The notes beneath the pieces were generated by a model, which did not search any database, had not been told where the DNA came from, and worked only from the letters and a program-made list of their open reading frames with translations. A stretch of 41,825 nucleotides of DNA from an uncultured Verrucomicrobiae bacterium (lineage in GTDB: Bacteria > Verrucomicrobiota > Verrucomicrobiia > Limisphaerales > JAFGQR01), in the NCBI GenBank assembly GCA_963788655.1, contig CAWBHS010000097.1, forward strand, positions 1 through 41,825, in the 5' to 3' direction. A program made the position numbers and the translations under genes. Below are positions 26,776 through 38,099 of the stretch, piece by piece (position 1 is the first letter of the stretch; every line of letters begins with the position of its first letter).

Positions 26776-28672
26776 ATGGCTGAGATTCTAACCGCAACCG
26801 ACATCCGGTTACGCTACAACGAACGCCTCATTCTCGAACAGGCGTCGCTGAGTATTGATGAACGGGCCTGCCTGGGCATGGTCGGCTACAATGGCTCGGG
26901 TAAATCAACGTTCCTCCGAATTCTGGCTGGCTTGCAGCAACCGGACGCCGGCGAGATCACGCAACGGCGCGACCTGCTAATCGGTTACCTGCCCCAGAAT
27001 TTCGCGTTGGATCCCGGGCTCTCCGTGGCGGAAAATATCCGTGCGGGAGCCCGGCATGTTCTGGATTTGGTCCACCAGTTCGAAACGCTGCCGGCGACTT
27101 CCCACCAGCACAGTGAACTGGAGCACCGCATTCTCGCCCTGGATGGCTGGGGCTTGGATTATCGCCTGGCGACCGCGATGTCTCATTTGAATTGTCCCGC
27201 GGGCGACCGACGCATCGACACCCTGTCCGGTGGCGAGCAACGCCGGGTGGCCCTTTGCCGGGCCATCATCGGGCGGCCCGATCTGTTGCTGTTGGACGAA
27301 CCCACGAATCATCTGGACACCGAGTCCATCGAGTGGCTGGGCGAGTTCCTGAAGAATTATCCGGGGGCATTTCTGGTGGTAACCCATGACCGTTATTTCC
27401 TGGATAACGTCACGAATACGATCGTCGAATTGGACCACGGCGAACTCTATTCCTACGCCGGCAACTACACCGAATACCTGGTGGCGCGCGCCGAACGTGA
27501 AGCGACGGTGGAAACAACCGAGCAAAAGCGTCAGGCCTTCCTGCGCCGCGAACTGGATTGGGTGCGGCGCGGCCCGCCAGCGCGCACGACCAAAGCCAAG
27601 AGCCGGCTCGACCGCTACTTTGAGGTGGCCGGCCAAACCGCGCCGGAAGCCATCGGGCAGGTTGATCTCGTCCTGCCGCCTCCCCCGCCATTGGGCAACC
27701 GCGTGGCCGAACTGGTGAACGTGGGCATGGAATTGGGCGGCCGACGGCTGTTTGGCGGACTCGACTGCAGTTTCACGGCCAGCCAGCGAGTCGGCATCAC
27801 GGGCCGCAATGGATTGGGTAAAACCACGTTGCTCAAGATCATTATGCAGCAACTTCTGCCGACGGAAGGGACGGTGAAACTCGGCCAACTCACCGTCTTC
27901 AATTACGTGGACCAGGGCCGGTTGCAGCTCGACGAGGAACGGACGGCGCTGGAAGAAGTCGGTGACGGCACGGAGTTTGTGTTGTTCGGCGAGCAACGGC
28001 TTTCCTTGCGCGGTTACCTCAAACGGTTCCTGTTCACCGATGAGCGCCTCGGCACCCAGATCAAGTATCTCAGCGGCGGCGAACGAAGCCGGTTGTTGCT
28101 GGCGCGCATTCTGAAGAACGGCGGCAATTTCCTGATCCTGGACGAACCGACCAATGATCTGGACCTGCCCACGCTGCGGGTGTTGGAAGAGGCGCTTGAT
28201 CGGGTTCCCCGGCGTGGTGGTGGCGGTGAGCCACGACCGCTATTTCCTGAATCGCGTCTGCACCGATGTCTTGGTGTTCGAAGGCGAGGGGCGCGTCGTT
28301 CACAGCGTGGGCGACTACGATTATTACATGGAAAAGAAGCAACGGGCGCAGGCGGCCGACAAGTTAAAACGCGTTGCCAGTGCGCCTTCCCCAAAACCTT
28401 CCGCAGCTTCCAGCGACACTCCAGCGAAACCAACTCGCCCGCGCAAACTCACCTGGAAAGAAGCGCGCGAGTTGGAAGGCATGGAAGCGGCGATCCAGGA
28501 AGCTGAGGAAAACGTCACGCGGATCGAAGGGCTGTTTGCGGACCCGGATTTTCATCGCCAACATGGCCAGCAGACGCGCGAGTTGACCGAAGAACTCGAA
28601 TCGGAAAAAGCCCGTGTCGCCCAGCTCTACGCCCGCTGGGAAGAATTGGAAGCCATCCGGGCGAACGCCTAA
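26776..28672 (+). CDS. uup: ABC-F family ATPase (Uup-like) with one apparent frameshift near 28198
   Basis: Two ABC cassettes (GYNGSGKST, LSGGE, LDEPTNHLD; GRNGLGKTT, LSGGERSR, LDEPTNDLD) and C-terminal KLTWKEARELE...LYARWEELE in a second frame. Confidence 0.88.
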
Positions 28673-28792
28673 TCGTAGGGGCATCTCGGTAAGTCGCCGC
28701 CGTAATATGCGACTTTCAGCGCCCTAGCGAGGGTTCTGAACGACTTTTCCTAATTGCCAAGCGCCGTCGCCGCCGGCATGGTATTGGTAGGT

Positions 28793-29011
28793 ATGAGCTA
28801 CATCGGAACAGTAACCAACGGCGTAGTGGTGCTCCCGGCCGATGCCCAACTGAAAGAAGGCACTCAGGTGAGAATTGAGGCACTCTCGGCATCCCCGGAA
28901 GCCCACACGCTGGGACAACGCTTGATGCGATTCGCTGGCACCGCGAAAGGGTTGCCCAGCGATATGGCCTGCAACCACGACCACTACTTGCACGGGCGTC
29001 CCAAGAAATGA
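28793..29011 (+). CDS. Small antitoxin-like protein (AbrB/DUF104-like; usually upstream of a PIN toxin)
   Basis: MSYIGTVTNGVVVLP....LKEGTQVRIE ... GLPSDMACNHDHYLHG.PKK. Confidence 0.75.
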   Translation: MSYIGTVTNGVVVLPADAQLKEGTQVRIEALSASPEAHTLGQRLMRFAGTAKGLPSDMACNHDHYLHGRPKK

Positions 29012-29046
29012 GCACCGTCTTTGCGGACACCAGACTATCCCACTGA
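29008..29046 (+). pseudogene. vapC: Stub of a VapC/PIN toxin
   Basis: ATGA overlap with the antitoxin; reads MSTVFADT (typical PIN first strand with the catalytic Asp), then runs into the convergent glgA end. Confidence 0.55.
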
Positions 29047-30201
29047 CCGCTTCGTTTCCGCCACCAAGTCCTGGTACATTTCCAGCGTCTTGCGGGCAAT
29101 CGACTTCCAAGCAAAATGTTCTTCCACGCGCTTCCGGCCGGCCTGGCCCATTTGGCGCGCTTTATTTTTGTCGCGCAAGACGGCGTTGATGGCCTCGGCC
29201 AGCGCTTGCGGATCGGCGGGAGGAACAAGGTAACCGGTTTCGCCGGGAAGCACGACTTCGCGAATGCCCCCGACGGCACTGGCGACCACCGGACGTTCAC
29301 AAGCCATGGCCTCGAGGTTGATGATGCCGAACGGTTCATAGACGGACGGGCACGCGAACAGCCGCGCGTGGCTGTACAATTCGATGTATTGTTCCTCGCG
29401 CAGGAGCGTGTTGATCCAGAGCACTCGCGGCTGTTCGGCGACCTTGGCAGCAATCTCCGCCTCGACTTCCGGCGTGTCCGGCGCGCTGGTGCAGCAGACC
29501 AATTGGACGCCCGGATCGACGTGTTGCATCGCGTCAATGAGGTGGACCATGCCTTTCTGCCGGCTGGTCCGGCCCACGAACAGGATGTAATCCTCCGCGA
29601 CTTCGAAAGCTTGCCGGGTGGCTTCACTGGGATTCGGACGCCAAACATCGAGGTCGATGCCGTTGTGGATCACCACGACGCGTTGCGGGTCCACTTGGAA
29701 CAGTTGGAGTATTTCCTCCCGCGAATTTTGGGACACGGCCACGATTCGGTCGGCGTTTTCCAAAGCCACTTTTTCCACCCAGGCGGTGAGATGGTAGGAC
29801 CGGCCCAATTGTTCTTCCTTCCAGGGCCGCAACGGTTCGAGACTGTGGACCGTGGCCACGTAGGGAATCTGGTAAAGCATTTTGGCCATGAAACCCGCCA
29901 GCGAACCATACCACGTGTGGGAGTGTACCACATCGGCGTCAAAGGCATCGCGGACCATCGAGAGGTTCGTCGAAAATGTTCCCAGCGCGCTGTTGAATTG
30001 TTTGTTGTCGCCCTCCCACATCCGGCTCCAGGCCTGGTAACCTTTGACGCGAAGCCGCTCCTGGTGGTGCTCCTGCTCGCCGATGCAACGCACTTCCACG
30101 TCGATCAATTCGGCAAGCTGACGCGACAAATTCTTGATGTGGACACCGGCGCCGCCATACACGTGGGGCGGATACTCGCGGGTAAGAAGCGTGACTTTCA
30201 T
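29035..30201 (-). CDS. glgA: Glycogen synthase, actinobacterial GlgA/GlgM type (GT4)
   Basis: LLTREYPPHVYGGAGVH, VHSHTWY, HSLEPLRPWKEEQLG, FVGR.SRQKG, APDTPE, CPSVYEPFGIINLEAMAC. Confidence 0.93.
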   Translation of the reverse strand: MKVTLLTREYPPHVYGGAGVHIKNLSRQLAELIDVEVRCIGEQEHHQERLRVKGYQAWSRMWEGDNKQFNSALGTFSTNLSMVRDAFDADVVHSHTWYGSLAGFMAKMLYQIPYVATVHSLEPLRPWKEEQLGRSYHLTAWVEKVALENADRIVAVSQNSREEILQLFQVDPQRVVVIHNGIDLDVWRPNPSEATRQAFEVAEDYILFVGRTSRQKGMVHLIDAMQHVDPGVQLVCCTSAPDTPEVEAEIAAKVAEQPRVLWINTLLREEQYIELYSHARLFACPSVYEPFGIINLEAMACERPVVASAVGGIREVVLPGETGYLVPPADPQALAEAINAVLRDKNKARQMGQAGRKRVEEHFAWKSIARKTLEMYQDLVAETKRSVG

Positions 30202-31487
30202 GGTTCCCCCTGGAATGGCGGCGTGGCCGAACGGAGGCTTTTCCCGGATGGCACTGGTGATTGCAGATCCTGCTCGCTGGCTCCGATGTGGATGATGCAG
30301 TTCCGGCCAATGCGCGCCCCCGCCGGCACTTGAACGTCCATGCCAATCACTGTGGCGCCGCAAGTAAGCGACTGCGGCATTTCCTCGGAAGGCACGGTTT
30401 CACCCTCGCCAACGCGGGCGTTGCCGCCGAAACGCACACGCTTGTCCGAGATGACGCGGTCCAAGTGCGCACCAGCTTCCACCACCACGTCGTCCCAAAG
30501 CACGGAGTCCACGACCGTCGCCCCGGCCTCGACGCGCACGCCGGGAGAAAGCACGCTGTTGCGCACCGTGCCGGCAATGACGCATCCCCCGCTCACCAGC
30601 GAATTCTCAAGTTGTGATCCAGGCAAATGCCGCGCGGGCGGCGGGGGGGTGCTGTGACGGCCCATGATGTTGGTTCGCAAATGCCAGTCGGCCAGATCAA
30701 TGGCTGGTTGGGGGCCGAGCAGCTCGCGATGAAACTCGTAGTATTCGTCCAGCGTGCGGGTGTAGTGCCAGGCGCCGTGGTAAATCCACCCGTAAGCGCG
30801 GCGGCGGGGAATCATGCGCCGGAGGATTTCATGAATCTGGAACGTGCTCTCTTCCCCACTGCCCGAGGCAGCCTGCTGCAGTTCATCGATGAGCACTTGG
30901 CGCCGGAACAGGCACACGCTCATCGAGGCCAAGTTGGTCCGTGGATGCGCGGGTTTTTCGGTGAAATTGACGATCTGGCCCGCCGCGTTCAATTCGCCGA
31001 TGCCGAAACGGGACGGATCGTTGTCCATGGGTGCGAAGGCCATGGTCAGATCCGCGCCGTGTTCGCGATGCGAATTCAGCAGCGCTTCATAATTTGTATG
31101 GTAAGCGTGATCGCCGGAAACCAGCAGCACGTCCGCCCCATCATAGCGTTGGATGAATTCAAGGTTCTGGTACAAGGCATCGGCCGGTCCGCGATACCAT
31201 TCGCGGCGATCCAGCCGAAGGTAGGGCGGCAGGAACCGCACCTGGCGCTCGGTGCCCACCAGATCCCAGGGGATGCCATTGCCCACATGATCCATCAGCG
31301 AGAACGGCCGGTATTGCGCCAGAATTCCCACCCGGCCAATCCCTGAATCCGCCAGACTGGTCAACGCAAAATCAATGGTGCGGTAGGCGCCGCCCATGAT
31401 AACCGCCGCTTTGGCCCGGCGCTCGGTGAGCGTGGAAAGTTCCTCCACGCGACCGCCGGCAAAAACCATGGCAATCGTGTTCTTCAT
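30198..31487 (-). CDS. glgC: Glucose-1-phosphate adenylyltransferase family protein (GlgC/GlgD-like, divergent motifs)
   Basis: AGG...LT.RRAK.AV..GG.YR.IDFAL, QY...SL..HVG.G.PWDL, WYRG.ADALYQN, SGDH, FTEKP, LASM; C-terminal beta-helix. Confidence 0.85.
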   Translation of the reverse strand: MKNTIAMVFAGGRVEELSTLTERRAKAAVIMGGAYRTIDFALTSLADSGIGRVGILAQYRPFSLMDHVGNGIPWDLVGTERQVRFLPPYLRLDRREWYRGPADALYQNLEFIQRYDGADVLLVSGDHAYHTNYEALLNSHREHGADLTMAFAPMDNDPSRFGIGELNAAGQIVNFTEKPAHPRTNLASMSVCLFRRQVLIDELQQAASGSGEESTFQIHEILRRMIPRRRAYGWIYHGAWHYTRTLDEYYEFHRELLGPQPAIDLADWHLRTNIMGRHSTPPPPARHLPGSQLENSLVSGGCVIAGTVRNSVLSPGVRVEAGATVVDSVLWDDVVVEAGAHLDRVISDKRVRFGGNARVGEGETVPSEEMPQSLTCGATVIGMDVQVPAGARIGRNCIIHIGASEQDLQSPVPSGKSLRSATPPFQGEP

Positions 31488-31646
31488 CGCAATGCGGTGC
31501 TTATACGAAGAAGGCGGAGTGAAGTCACTGAAAATATACAATTGCCCGCAACCACGAATTGACCAACGGCTCGCCGCATTGTTTTAAGAATGGCGTTTGA
31601 CAGCGTTTGCATCCCGACAACTGAAAACAACTCAACAAAAGGAAAC

Positions 31647-31864
31647 ATGAAAACTGCGATCCTCAGTCTATCCGCCTTCATCTATGCTGCATGGAGTTGT
31701 CCCCGATGCTACAACCCCTTTCCAGCGGCCTCCCAAACTCCAGCATGGCGATCAAAGAGCCCCCGCTGCTCGTTCTGCGCGATTATTCGGCCAACGTCCG
31801 GCGCATGCTCCACCTGATTGAACGGGTGGAAGCCGCCAAGCAGGCGCGGGCGGAGCGGGAGTAA
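31647..31864 (+). pseudogene. Remnant of a secretin N-domain-like protein
   Basis: RBS and MKTAILSLSAFI leader, then in another frame (31691-31864) ...LQPLSSGLPNSSMAIKEPPLLVLRDYSANVRRMLHLIERVE...*. Confidence 0.4.
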
Positions 31865-31901
31865 GCTTAGGAAGTTAGCCGCCGTCTCGATCAAGGGCAG
31901 C

Positions 31902-32219
31902 TCAGTCAGGACTGCCGAGAGTGCCAAACAGTTTCCTTTGAATGCTGCGCGGGTTCTGGCGAAGGTCCATGATCGCCGCAACGATGATGCGCGTAGGTTG
32001 GACCTCGTAGAAGATTCCATACGGAAAATCGCGGATCAACATTCGACGATAGGAGCCACCGTAGATGCGGGCAATTTCGGGATGATGGCGCATCAACGTC
32101 AACGCAGCGTCCACTTGGCGCAGGAATAAGTCTCCCCGCCCAGCCTGATGGTTTTCGTACCGCTCGAATGCAGTTTGAATATCGTGGTCAGCCTGGAGAA
32201 GGAGAATTAGCTCGATCAT
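31902..32219 (-). CDS. RelE/ParE family toxin
   Basis: A..DIQ.AF..YE....G.G..F...VD.AL..M...PE.....G.YRR.LIR.FPYGIFY......IVAAIMD.RQNP. Confidence 0.88.
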   Translation of the reverse strand: MIELILLLQADHDIQTAFERYENHQAGRGDLFLRQVDAALTLMRHHPEIARIYGGSYRRMLIRDFPYGIFYEVQPTRIIVAAIMDLRQNPRSIQRKLFGTLGSPD

Positions 32220-32440
32220 GAGCGCGAGCCAAGGATTCGCTCTTTAACGGCTTCCCAGGTCGTGAATTTTTCTGGATGTTGTCGAAAATCCTCCATCCGC
32301 CGATCCAATTCAGAAATTATCTCGCGAGAGACGGGCACCTCCGAGGGATGGGCTTCCAAATCATTCCACAACTCCGAGACAAACTGGAGCTTTTCCGCCG
32401 CCGAAAGCCGCTGGATCTCCGGAAACTGCTCTAAAATCAT
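32216..32440 (-). CDS. Addiction module antitoxin component
   Basis: LSAAEKLQFVSELWNDL...ELDRR...F...PE...TWEAVKERI; 4-nt overlap with the toxin. Confidence 0.88.
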   Translation of the reverse strand: MILEQFPEIQRLSAAEKLQFVSELWNDLEAHPSEVPVSREIISELDRRMEDFRQHPEKFTTWEAVKERILGSRS

Positions 32441-32603
32441 GGTTTCAGTATAATGAATCTCCAGACTTCCGCAATAGCCGGACCAAGCTTGGGGAATACC
32501 CGGTTGGCAATCCTCACCTTCAGCTCTCTCCTAAAACGATTTGATTCCTGCTTCGTCGGACTCAGCCCATTCATGACTCGACGACTTGCCTCATGCGAAA
32601 TCG

Positions 32604-33185
32604 CTATTTCCGCTGGTAAGTCCCCATCAATTGGCCCTCCGCCAGGATGTGTCCTTCCATGGCCTTGAGCAGTTCTTTCTGGGTAGCTTTCGGCGGGAGC
32701 GGCAAGGCGGTGTCCAACGCGTATAGCTTGAAACAATATCGATGCGCATTTCCCGGCGGCGGACAAGGACCGCCGTAGCCGACTCGCTTGAAATCATTGC
32801 TGCCCTGGCTGGCGCCGTTGGGCAACGTGTCAGTCGTCGGAACTTTCTCGGACAACTCCGTGACCGACGGCGGCAGGCCGTACAGCACCCAATGCACCCA
32901 CGTGCCCATCGGCGCATCCGGATCGTCGCAGATGAGGGCGAGGCTTTTGGCGCTGGGCGGCACGCCGCTCCATTTCAAGGGCGGCGAAATATCCTGGCCC
33001 TGGCAGGTGTATTTGGCGGGGATGGGTTGGCCTTCCGCAAAGGCCGAACTGCTTAGTTGAAGGCTCATACGTTTCCTTTCGGGAGCAGGTTTGCCCGAAT
33101 CATTGTGGTGGTTGGAACAGGCGCTGAACATCAACCCCAATCCCAGCGCCAACATGCCCGGCAAACCGATTGGTTTTGGTTTCAT
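32604..33185 (-). CDS. YbhB/YbcL family Raf kinase inhibitor-like (PEBP) lipoprotein
   Basis: Lipobox FSAC; LSSSAF..G..IP.KYTC.G.DISPPL.W, SLALICDDPDAP.GTWVHWV, GYGGPCPP..HRY.FKLYALD. Confidence 0.93.
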   Translation of the reverse strand: MKPKPIGLPGMLALGLGLMFSACSNHHNDSGKPAPERKRMSLQLSSSAFAEGQPIPAKYTCQGQDISPPLKWSGVPPSAKSLALICDDPDAPMGTWVHWVLYGLPPSVTELSEKVPTTDTLPNGASQGSNDFKRVGYGGPCPPPGNAHRYCFKLYALDTALPLPPKATQKELLKAMEGHILAEGQLMGTYQRK

Positions 33186-33325
33186 AATCAACTCGTTTGT
33201 TACCGCTGTCATATCACCACATCCCGCCCAACGGCGCAAACTGGAAAGCAGCGAATGTGAAATGTTGGGGGCAGGCTGTGGTTGTGCAAATGGAGAACTC
33301 GGTTTAAAACGGGAGTCATCGTTAT

Positions 33326-36300
33326 ATGAAACACCTGACACTGATCTGCTTCATCGCCCTCCAAACCTTGGTTCGCGCCTCCCTGCTGTGGAGTATCGGA
33401 CTCACCCTTGCCGTAGCCGATGACGCCACTCCCCGGTGGTCCTGGCAAAAACCACAGGCGCAGGTGCGGCCAACGGGCGACCTGGAATGGGCGCCGCTGC
33501 CCTTCGAGTTCAAGCCGGGCCGGTCGATCCGTTATATCGACTTCGAGTCCGGCAACGACGCCAATGACGGCCTCTCGAAGCAGACCCCCTGGAAGCATCA
33601 TCCCTGGGATTCCAACGCGACCGGCCAACCGAAGGTGTGCCAGGGCACGCATACGTATGTCTTCAAGCAGGGCGTGGTCTATCGCGGGGAATTGAACGTG
33701 AACGAATCAGGGACTGAAGCGGCACCCATTCTCCTGACGCGGGATCCGACGTGGGGCACGGGACCGGCCGTATTGTGCGGCTCGGAAGCGGTGACAGGTT
33801 GGAAACAGACGGCAGATAACACGCTCATTCCAGAGCCAAAGAAGGTCTGGCACGTGGACCTCGACTGGGCGCCGCGTAACGTCTGGATGGTGGGCCAGGA
33901 CGGCACCGTAACGCGCCTCATGCTGGCCCGCACGCCGAATTGGAAAATCACCGATCCAGACGACATCAAGAGCGAGTGGTGGACCTGGAAGAATCCCGAC
34001 AAGCCGTTTGACAATTACGCCACCATCAACGGCCAGCGGCGACATCTGGCGTTCGATAAAGAGCACATCAATACCGGCCAGCCGCAAGCGTACTACGAGG
34101 GTGCGATTGTCTGGACCACCAAGGGTTGGGTGATGGGCAGCCCGTTCCCGGCCCGCGTGCTGGCCGTGGATCGCGAGCACGGCTCGCTAACTTTTCCCGG
34201 ACAATGGGGCGGTGGACCTTCGTATAAAATCATTCGTGGGTGCCGTTACTACTTGGAAGACAAACCGCAGTATCTCGACAGCCCGGGCGAATTCTGGTTC
34301 GACAAAAAGGGCAACGGGGGCCGGCTCTATCTCCGTCTGCCCGGCGACCAGGATCCGAACACGGCCCACGTCGAGGTGGCCAAACGTATCCGCATGATCG
34401 ACAGCCGCGGCATGAGTCACGTGCATGTCCGCGGGCTCACGTTCCGGTTCGCCAACATTTATTGGAACCTGGTTGCCGCTCCCTATTGGGTTTCCCACGA
34501 GAGCATCGATGCGGAACCTGGCTGCGTGCGCTTGCTCGGTAGTGGCACGGACATCCAAGTGTCCCACTGCGTCTTCGAGCACGTCCACAAGGGCGTTCGC
34601 TTGAAGGCCATGGGCCGGCAAGACGCTATCGACCAGGTGCTGGTGGCGGACAACGTGTTTGCTGACGCGGACTCCGGCGGCGTGGAGCTGGCGGACAGCA
34701 CGACCTATGGGGACGTGGCCCCGCCGATGGGCCGGCTATACGACGTGCGCGTGTTACGGAACAAGTTTGACCACATCGGTCTGCGCCCCGATTTGTTCGG
34801 CCAGGGTGAAGCGCTGGAGATCGATTATGCCCAAACGGCAGAGGTGGCGGGGAACATTTTCGAACGGGTCTGTGCCCAAGGGATCGACGTTCACGGTGCC
34901 AAGGCGAGCGGCGCGGCCACGGATCGTCCTTTTACCCGCATTCTGGTTCACCACAACAAAGCCGTGGACACCCTGCTGAACGTCGATGACTTCGGCGGCA
35001 TTGAAACCTGGCAGGGCGGTCCGGCCTACGTCTATGACAACATCTCGGGTAATCCCGGTGGTTACCGCAATTGGGATCACGTGCTGAGCCCCGACACCGA
35101 AGATCGCTTCGGCCACGCCTACTATCTGGACGGCGCGTTCAAGAACTACTATTTCAACAACATCGCCTGGGGCAAGTCCAAGGGACCGTCGGGCCCGCTG
35201 GCCAATACCTCCGCATTCCAGGAGATCATCAGTTACCAAAACACCTTCTTCAACAACACCCTTTACAACTTTGTGCGCGGCTCGCGCCGGCAGGCGCCCC
35301 AGGCCGGTCGCGTGAAGTTTCTGGGCAACATCTGGCAGAGCATGGGGCGGCGCGTCTTCCGCGATGCCGATCCGGCGCGCACCGCGGCCGCGGGCAACGA
35401 AGGCGATGCGGGATCGCGGCGCAACCAGTTCGCCATCGACACGGACGCTTACGCGCGCAACGTTTTCTACGACATGGGTGAGGGCTTCGGTGTGTTTGAG
35501 CCCTCGGGCCGATGGCACCAGACGCTCGAGTCGTTCCGCGAGGCGCTGGAGAGTTACAAACCAATGGCCGCGACGGTCGGCACCCTGGCGGCGCAACCGC
35601 CGTTGCGCGATGCGGCGGCGCACGACTTCCGGCCCTCCACTGACTCGGCCGCCCGCGGGCAGGGGGCCAAGGTCTTCGTGCCGTGGAGCATTTACGAGAC
35701 GGTCGGTGAATGGAACTTCTGCCCGATCCCTGGTGATCCGACGCGCATTCTGGACGAACACTGGTGCATGCCTCCCTACTACACGGGCCGGGATGATTAC
35801 TACCAGTGGCCCATGTATCCGCTCAAAGGCATCAACCTCAAGTTGAACGACTACCAGCACGGCCCGTTGGAGAATTGGACCACCGGCGCGCTGCACTTCA
35901 ATGGAAACAATCAATACGCCGTGCTCGCGAATGCGGACATCAACCGCCCGGTCAGCTACCGCGTCAGCTACCCGGCACCGCAATGGCTGACTGCGACGTT
36001 TCCAACCGCGATGCAGCCGGGCGAGAGTTACTCGGTCAAGCTGGTCCTGCACGACGTGAAGGACGGTCTGAAGCTGAGCGCTGATTTGAACTGGAGCAAA
36101 AAGACCGGGGCCTTCGGCGGCGGCAACGCCTGGGGTGGTCCTGCGCAAGCAGTCCACGGCACCGGACCTTACACCTATACATTTAATCCCGTGGACAAGC
36201 CCGATCTGGGCAACTTCGTGTTGACGGTTTATCTTTCGCCCACCGGCGACTGGAGCGACCACACGCTCCTCGCCACGGAAGCGGTTCCCGTAGGCGATGC

Positions 36301-36917
36301 CCAGGGCAAGACCCGCACCACCACAACGGGCGGCGACCGGATCAACGAACAGCGCACGGTGTCCGGATCGGACCTGGCCACTCCGCAGATCCACAAGTCG
36401 AACTTCCTCCTCGAGGCTTATTTCAAGACGGCTCCGGGCCTGAAGGACGCGATCTTGATCCAAAAGATGGACGGCGTTGGCTGGGCTTTGGGCGTCAACC
36501 AAATCGGGAGGCGTGATCCTTGATGCGAAGTCGGTCAAGGCCACTGCCAGCCTGGCCAGCCGCAAGACCGTCAACGAAGGCAAGTGGCATCACGTCATCG
36601 CCGAGGCTGACCGCCAGGCAGGCACGTTCACCATCTACCTTGACGGCGAACAGGACGCCACCGGACCTGGCCTCGGCGCGGACGTTTCGTTGGCCAACGA
36701 CGCCGACCTCTACGTGGGCGGCACGCCGCAGGGGCACTTCCTGAACGGCGCCATCGACTTCTTGCGCCTTGCGCGTGGCACGCTGGCCGATTCGAAGACC
36801 ACCATCGAAGAACTTCACGCGTGGGAGTTCAACGGGCCATTCCTCGACGATTTCACGGGGCTTCGCCGGCCGGCTAACGGCGGATGTGCGGGGGCTATTG
36901 ACGAAGCTGCTCAGTAA
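33326..36917 (+). CDS. Large secreted right-handed beta-helix (pectin-lyase-fold) protein with a C-terminal LamG-like domain; apparent frameshift near 36510
   Basis: Signal peptide; YIDFESGNDANDGLSKQTPWK, YVFKQGVVYRG, LARTPN, YYLEDKPQYLDSPGEFWFD; Asn-ladder repeats; LamG GALHFNG..Y / KWHHVIA..DR....IYLDG...LYVGG...GAIDFLR. Confidence 0.82.
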
Positions 36918-37010
36918 TTGCTTGCGTTCTTAACAAACAACGCCAGACCGGCTTAGTCCAAGCCGCTTCCAATTTGAATGTCACCGCTCCCGGCGCGTCA
37001 AACCACCTGA

Positions 37011-38099
37011 ATGAAAATACCTGCGATGCTCTCTCCCTCGTCCCGGGCTTGGCGGCGTGGTGCCGTTCTGTTCATCTGCTGGATGGGTGTGCAATTCCTC
37101 GCGACCCTCCAAGCAGCCGACACTTGGACCGACATTTCCAGTTCTTTGCTGGAACGTTTGACCAATAGCGGCGTGAAACTGGCCTGGCCCGGAGGCTGTT
37201 CGGGCGTGGTGGTTAACCGGCTCACCAGCGACGTGACCATCAAGGTCGTTGGCTGCGGACTGTGGCGCAGTTCCGATCGCGGTCAGACGTGGCAACGCAT
37301 TGACGGGGACACCATCTCGGGCCGCGACGAAACCGGGTGGGCCACCAGCGTGGACCAACAAGCGCCGGAGCGAATGGCGAGTTTTTCCCTGGACGGCGGA
37401 GCGGGTTGGACGATTGACGGCACTACCTGGAAGCGTTTCACCAGTTTGGGTCGCAACTGGGATTTCGGGTCGGTGGATTGGGCGGCCGCGGTCCCTCAAA
37501 CCATCATCGCAGCCAAACACGAAACCAATCCGCCGGGAGAAGTCTATGCGACGACCGATGGGGGTATCACTTGGAAACAACTGTCGATCCACGTCAATGC
37601 CAACCGGGACCAAATTTCCATGGTGGGTGCTTTGGATGGCACGACCCTCATTTATAGCAAGGGCGACGGCATCTACCGCAGCACCGATACCGGCAGCACG
37701 TGGACCCGCGTTAGTGTCGCGAATCCGCAGACGCGGATACCCGCCTGGTTCAAGGACACGCACTACTTGGGGACGGCCACCGGCTTGCTCGTCAGCAAGG
37801 ACAAAGGTGCCAGTTGGCAGCCGCAGGGAGTGGCCGCTGATATCTGGCAGGGCCCCTTTTTCGGACGTGACGAGAAAGAAATGCTGGTGGTCGGCAAGAG
37901 CGGCGCCTTTAGCACCCAAGACGCGGGCGCCACCTGGATCCGGGTGGCGGGCCTCAAGGAGATGGAGGGCGGCTTCGTCTTCAGTCCAAACTGGTTTGGC
38001 TGTTACGCTTGGGATCCCGTGAACCATATTCTTTATACATCGTCCATGGGAAATCCCGTCTTTCGGATCAAAGTTGGTGCGGACCAGCATCCTCGCTAA
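37011..38099 (+). CDS. Secreted BNR/Asp-box beta-propeller protein
   Basis: Repeated S/T-x-D-x-G-x-T-W boxes: SSDRGQTW, TTDGGITW, STDTGSTW, SKDKGASW, TQDAGATW. Confidence 0.85.
   Translation: MKIPAMLSPSSRAWRRGAVLFICWMGVQFLATLQAADTWTDISSSLLERLTNSGVKLAWPGGCSGVVVNRLTSDVTIKVVGCGLWRSSDRGQTWQRIDGDTISGRDETGWATSVDQQAPERMASFSLDGGAGWTIDGTTWKRFTSLGRNWDFGSVDWAAAVPQTIIAAKHETNPPGEVYATTDGGITWKQLSIHVNANRDQISMVGALDGTTLIYSKGDGIYRSTDTGSTWTRVSVANPQTRIPAWFKDTHYLGTATGLLVSKDKGASWQPQGVAADIWQGPFFGRDEKEMLVVGKSGAFSTQDAGATWIRVAGLKEMEGGFVFSPNWFGCYAWDPVNHILYTSSMGNPVFRIKVGADQHPR

Noticed and set aside
28190..28210. Programmed frameshift in uup (and near 36510)
   Set aside because: No slippery heptamer; a single extra base fits the indel noise seen in ffh.
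33225..33300. c-di-GMP-I riboswitch-like GCAAAC...GAAA
   Set aside because: The second stem and conserved downstream motif are not recognisable.
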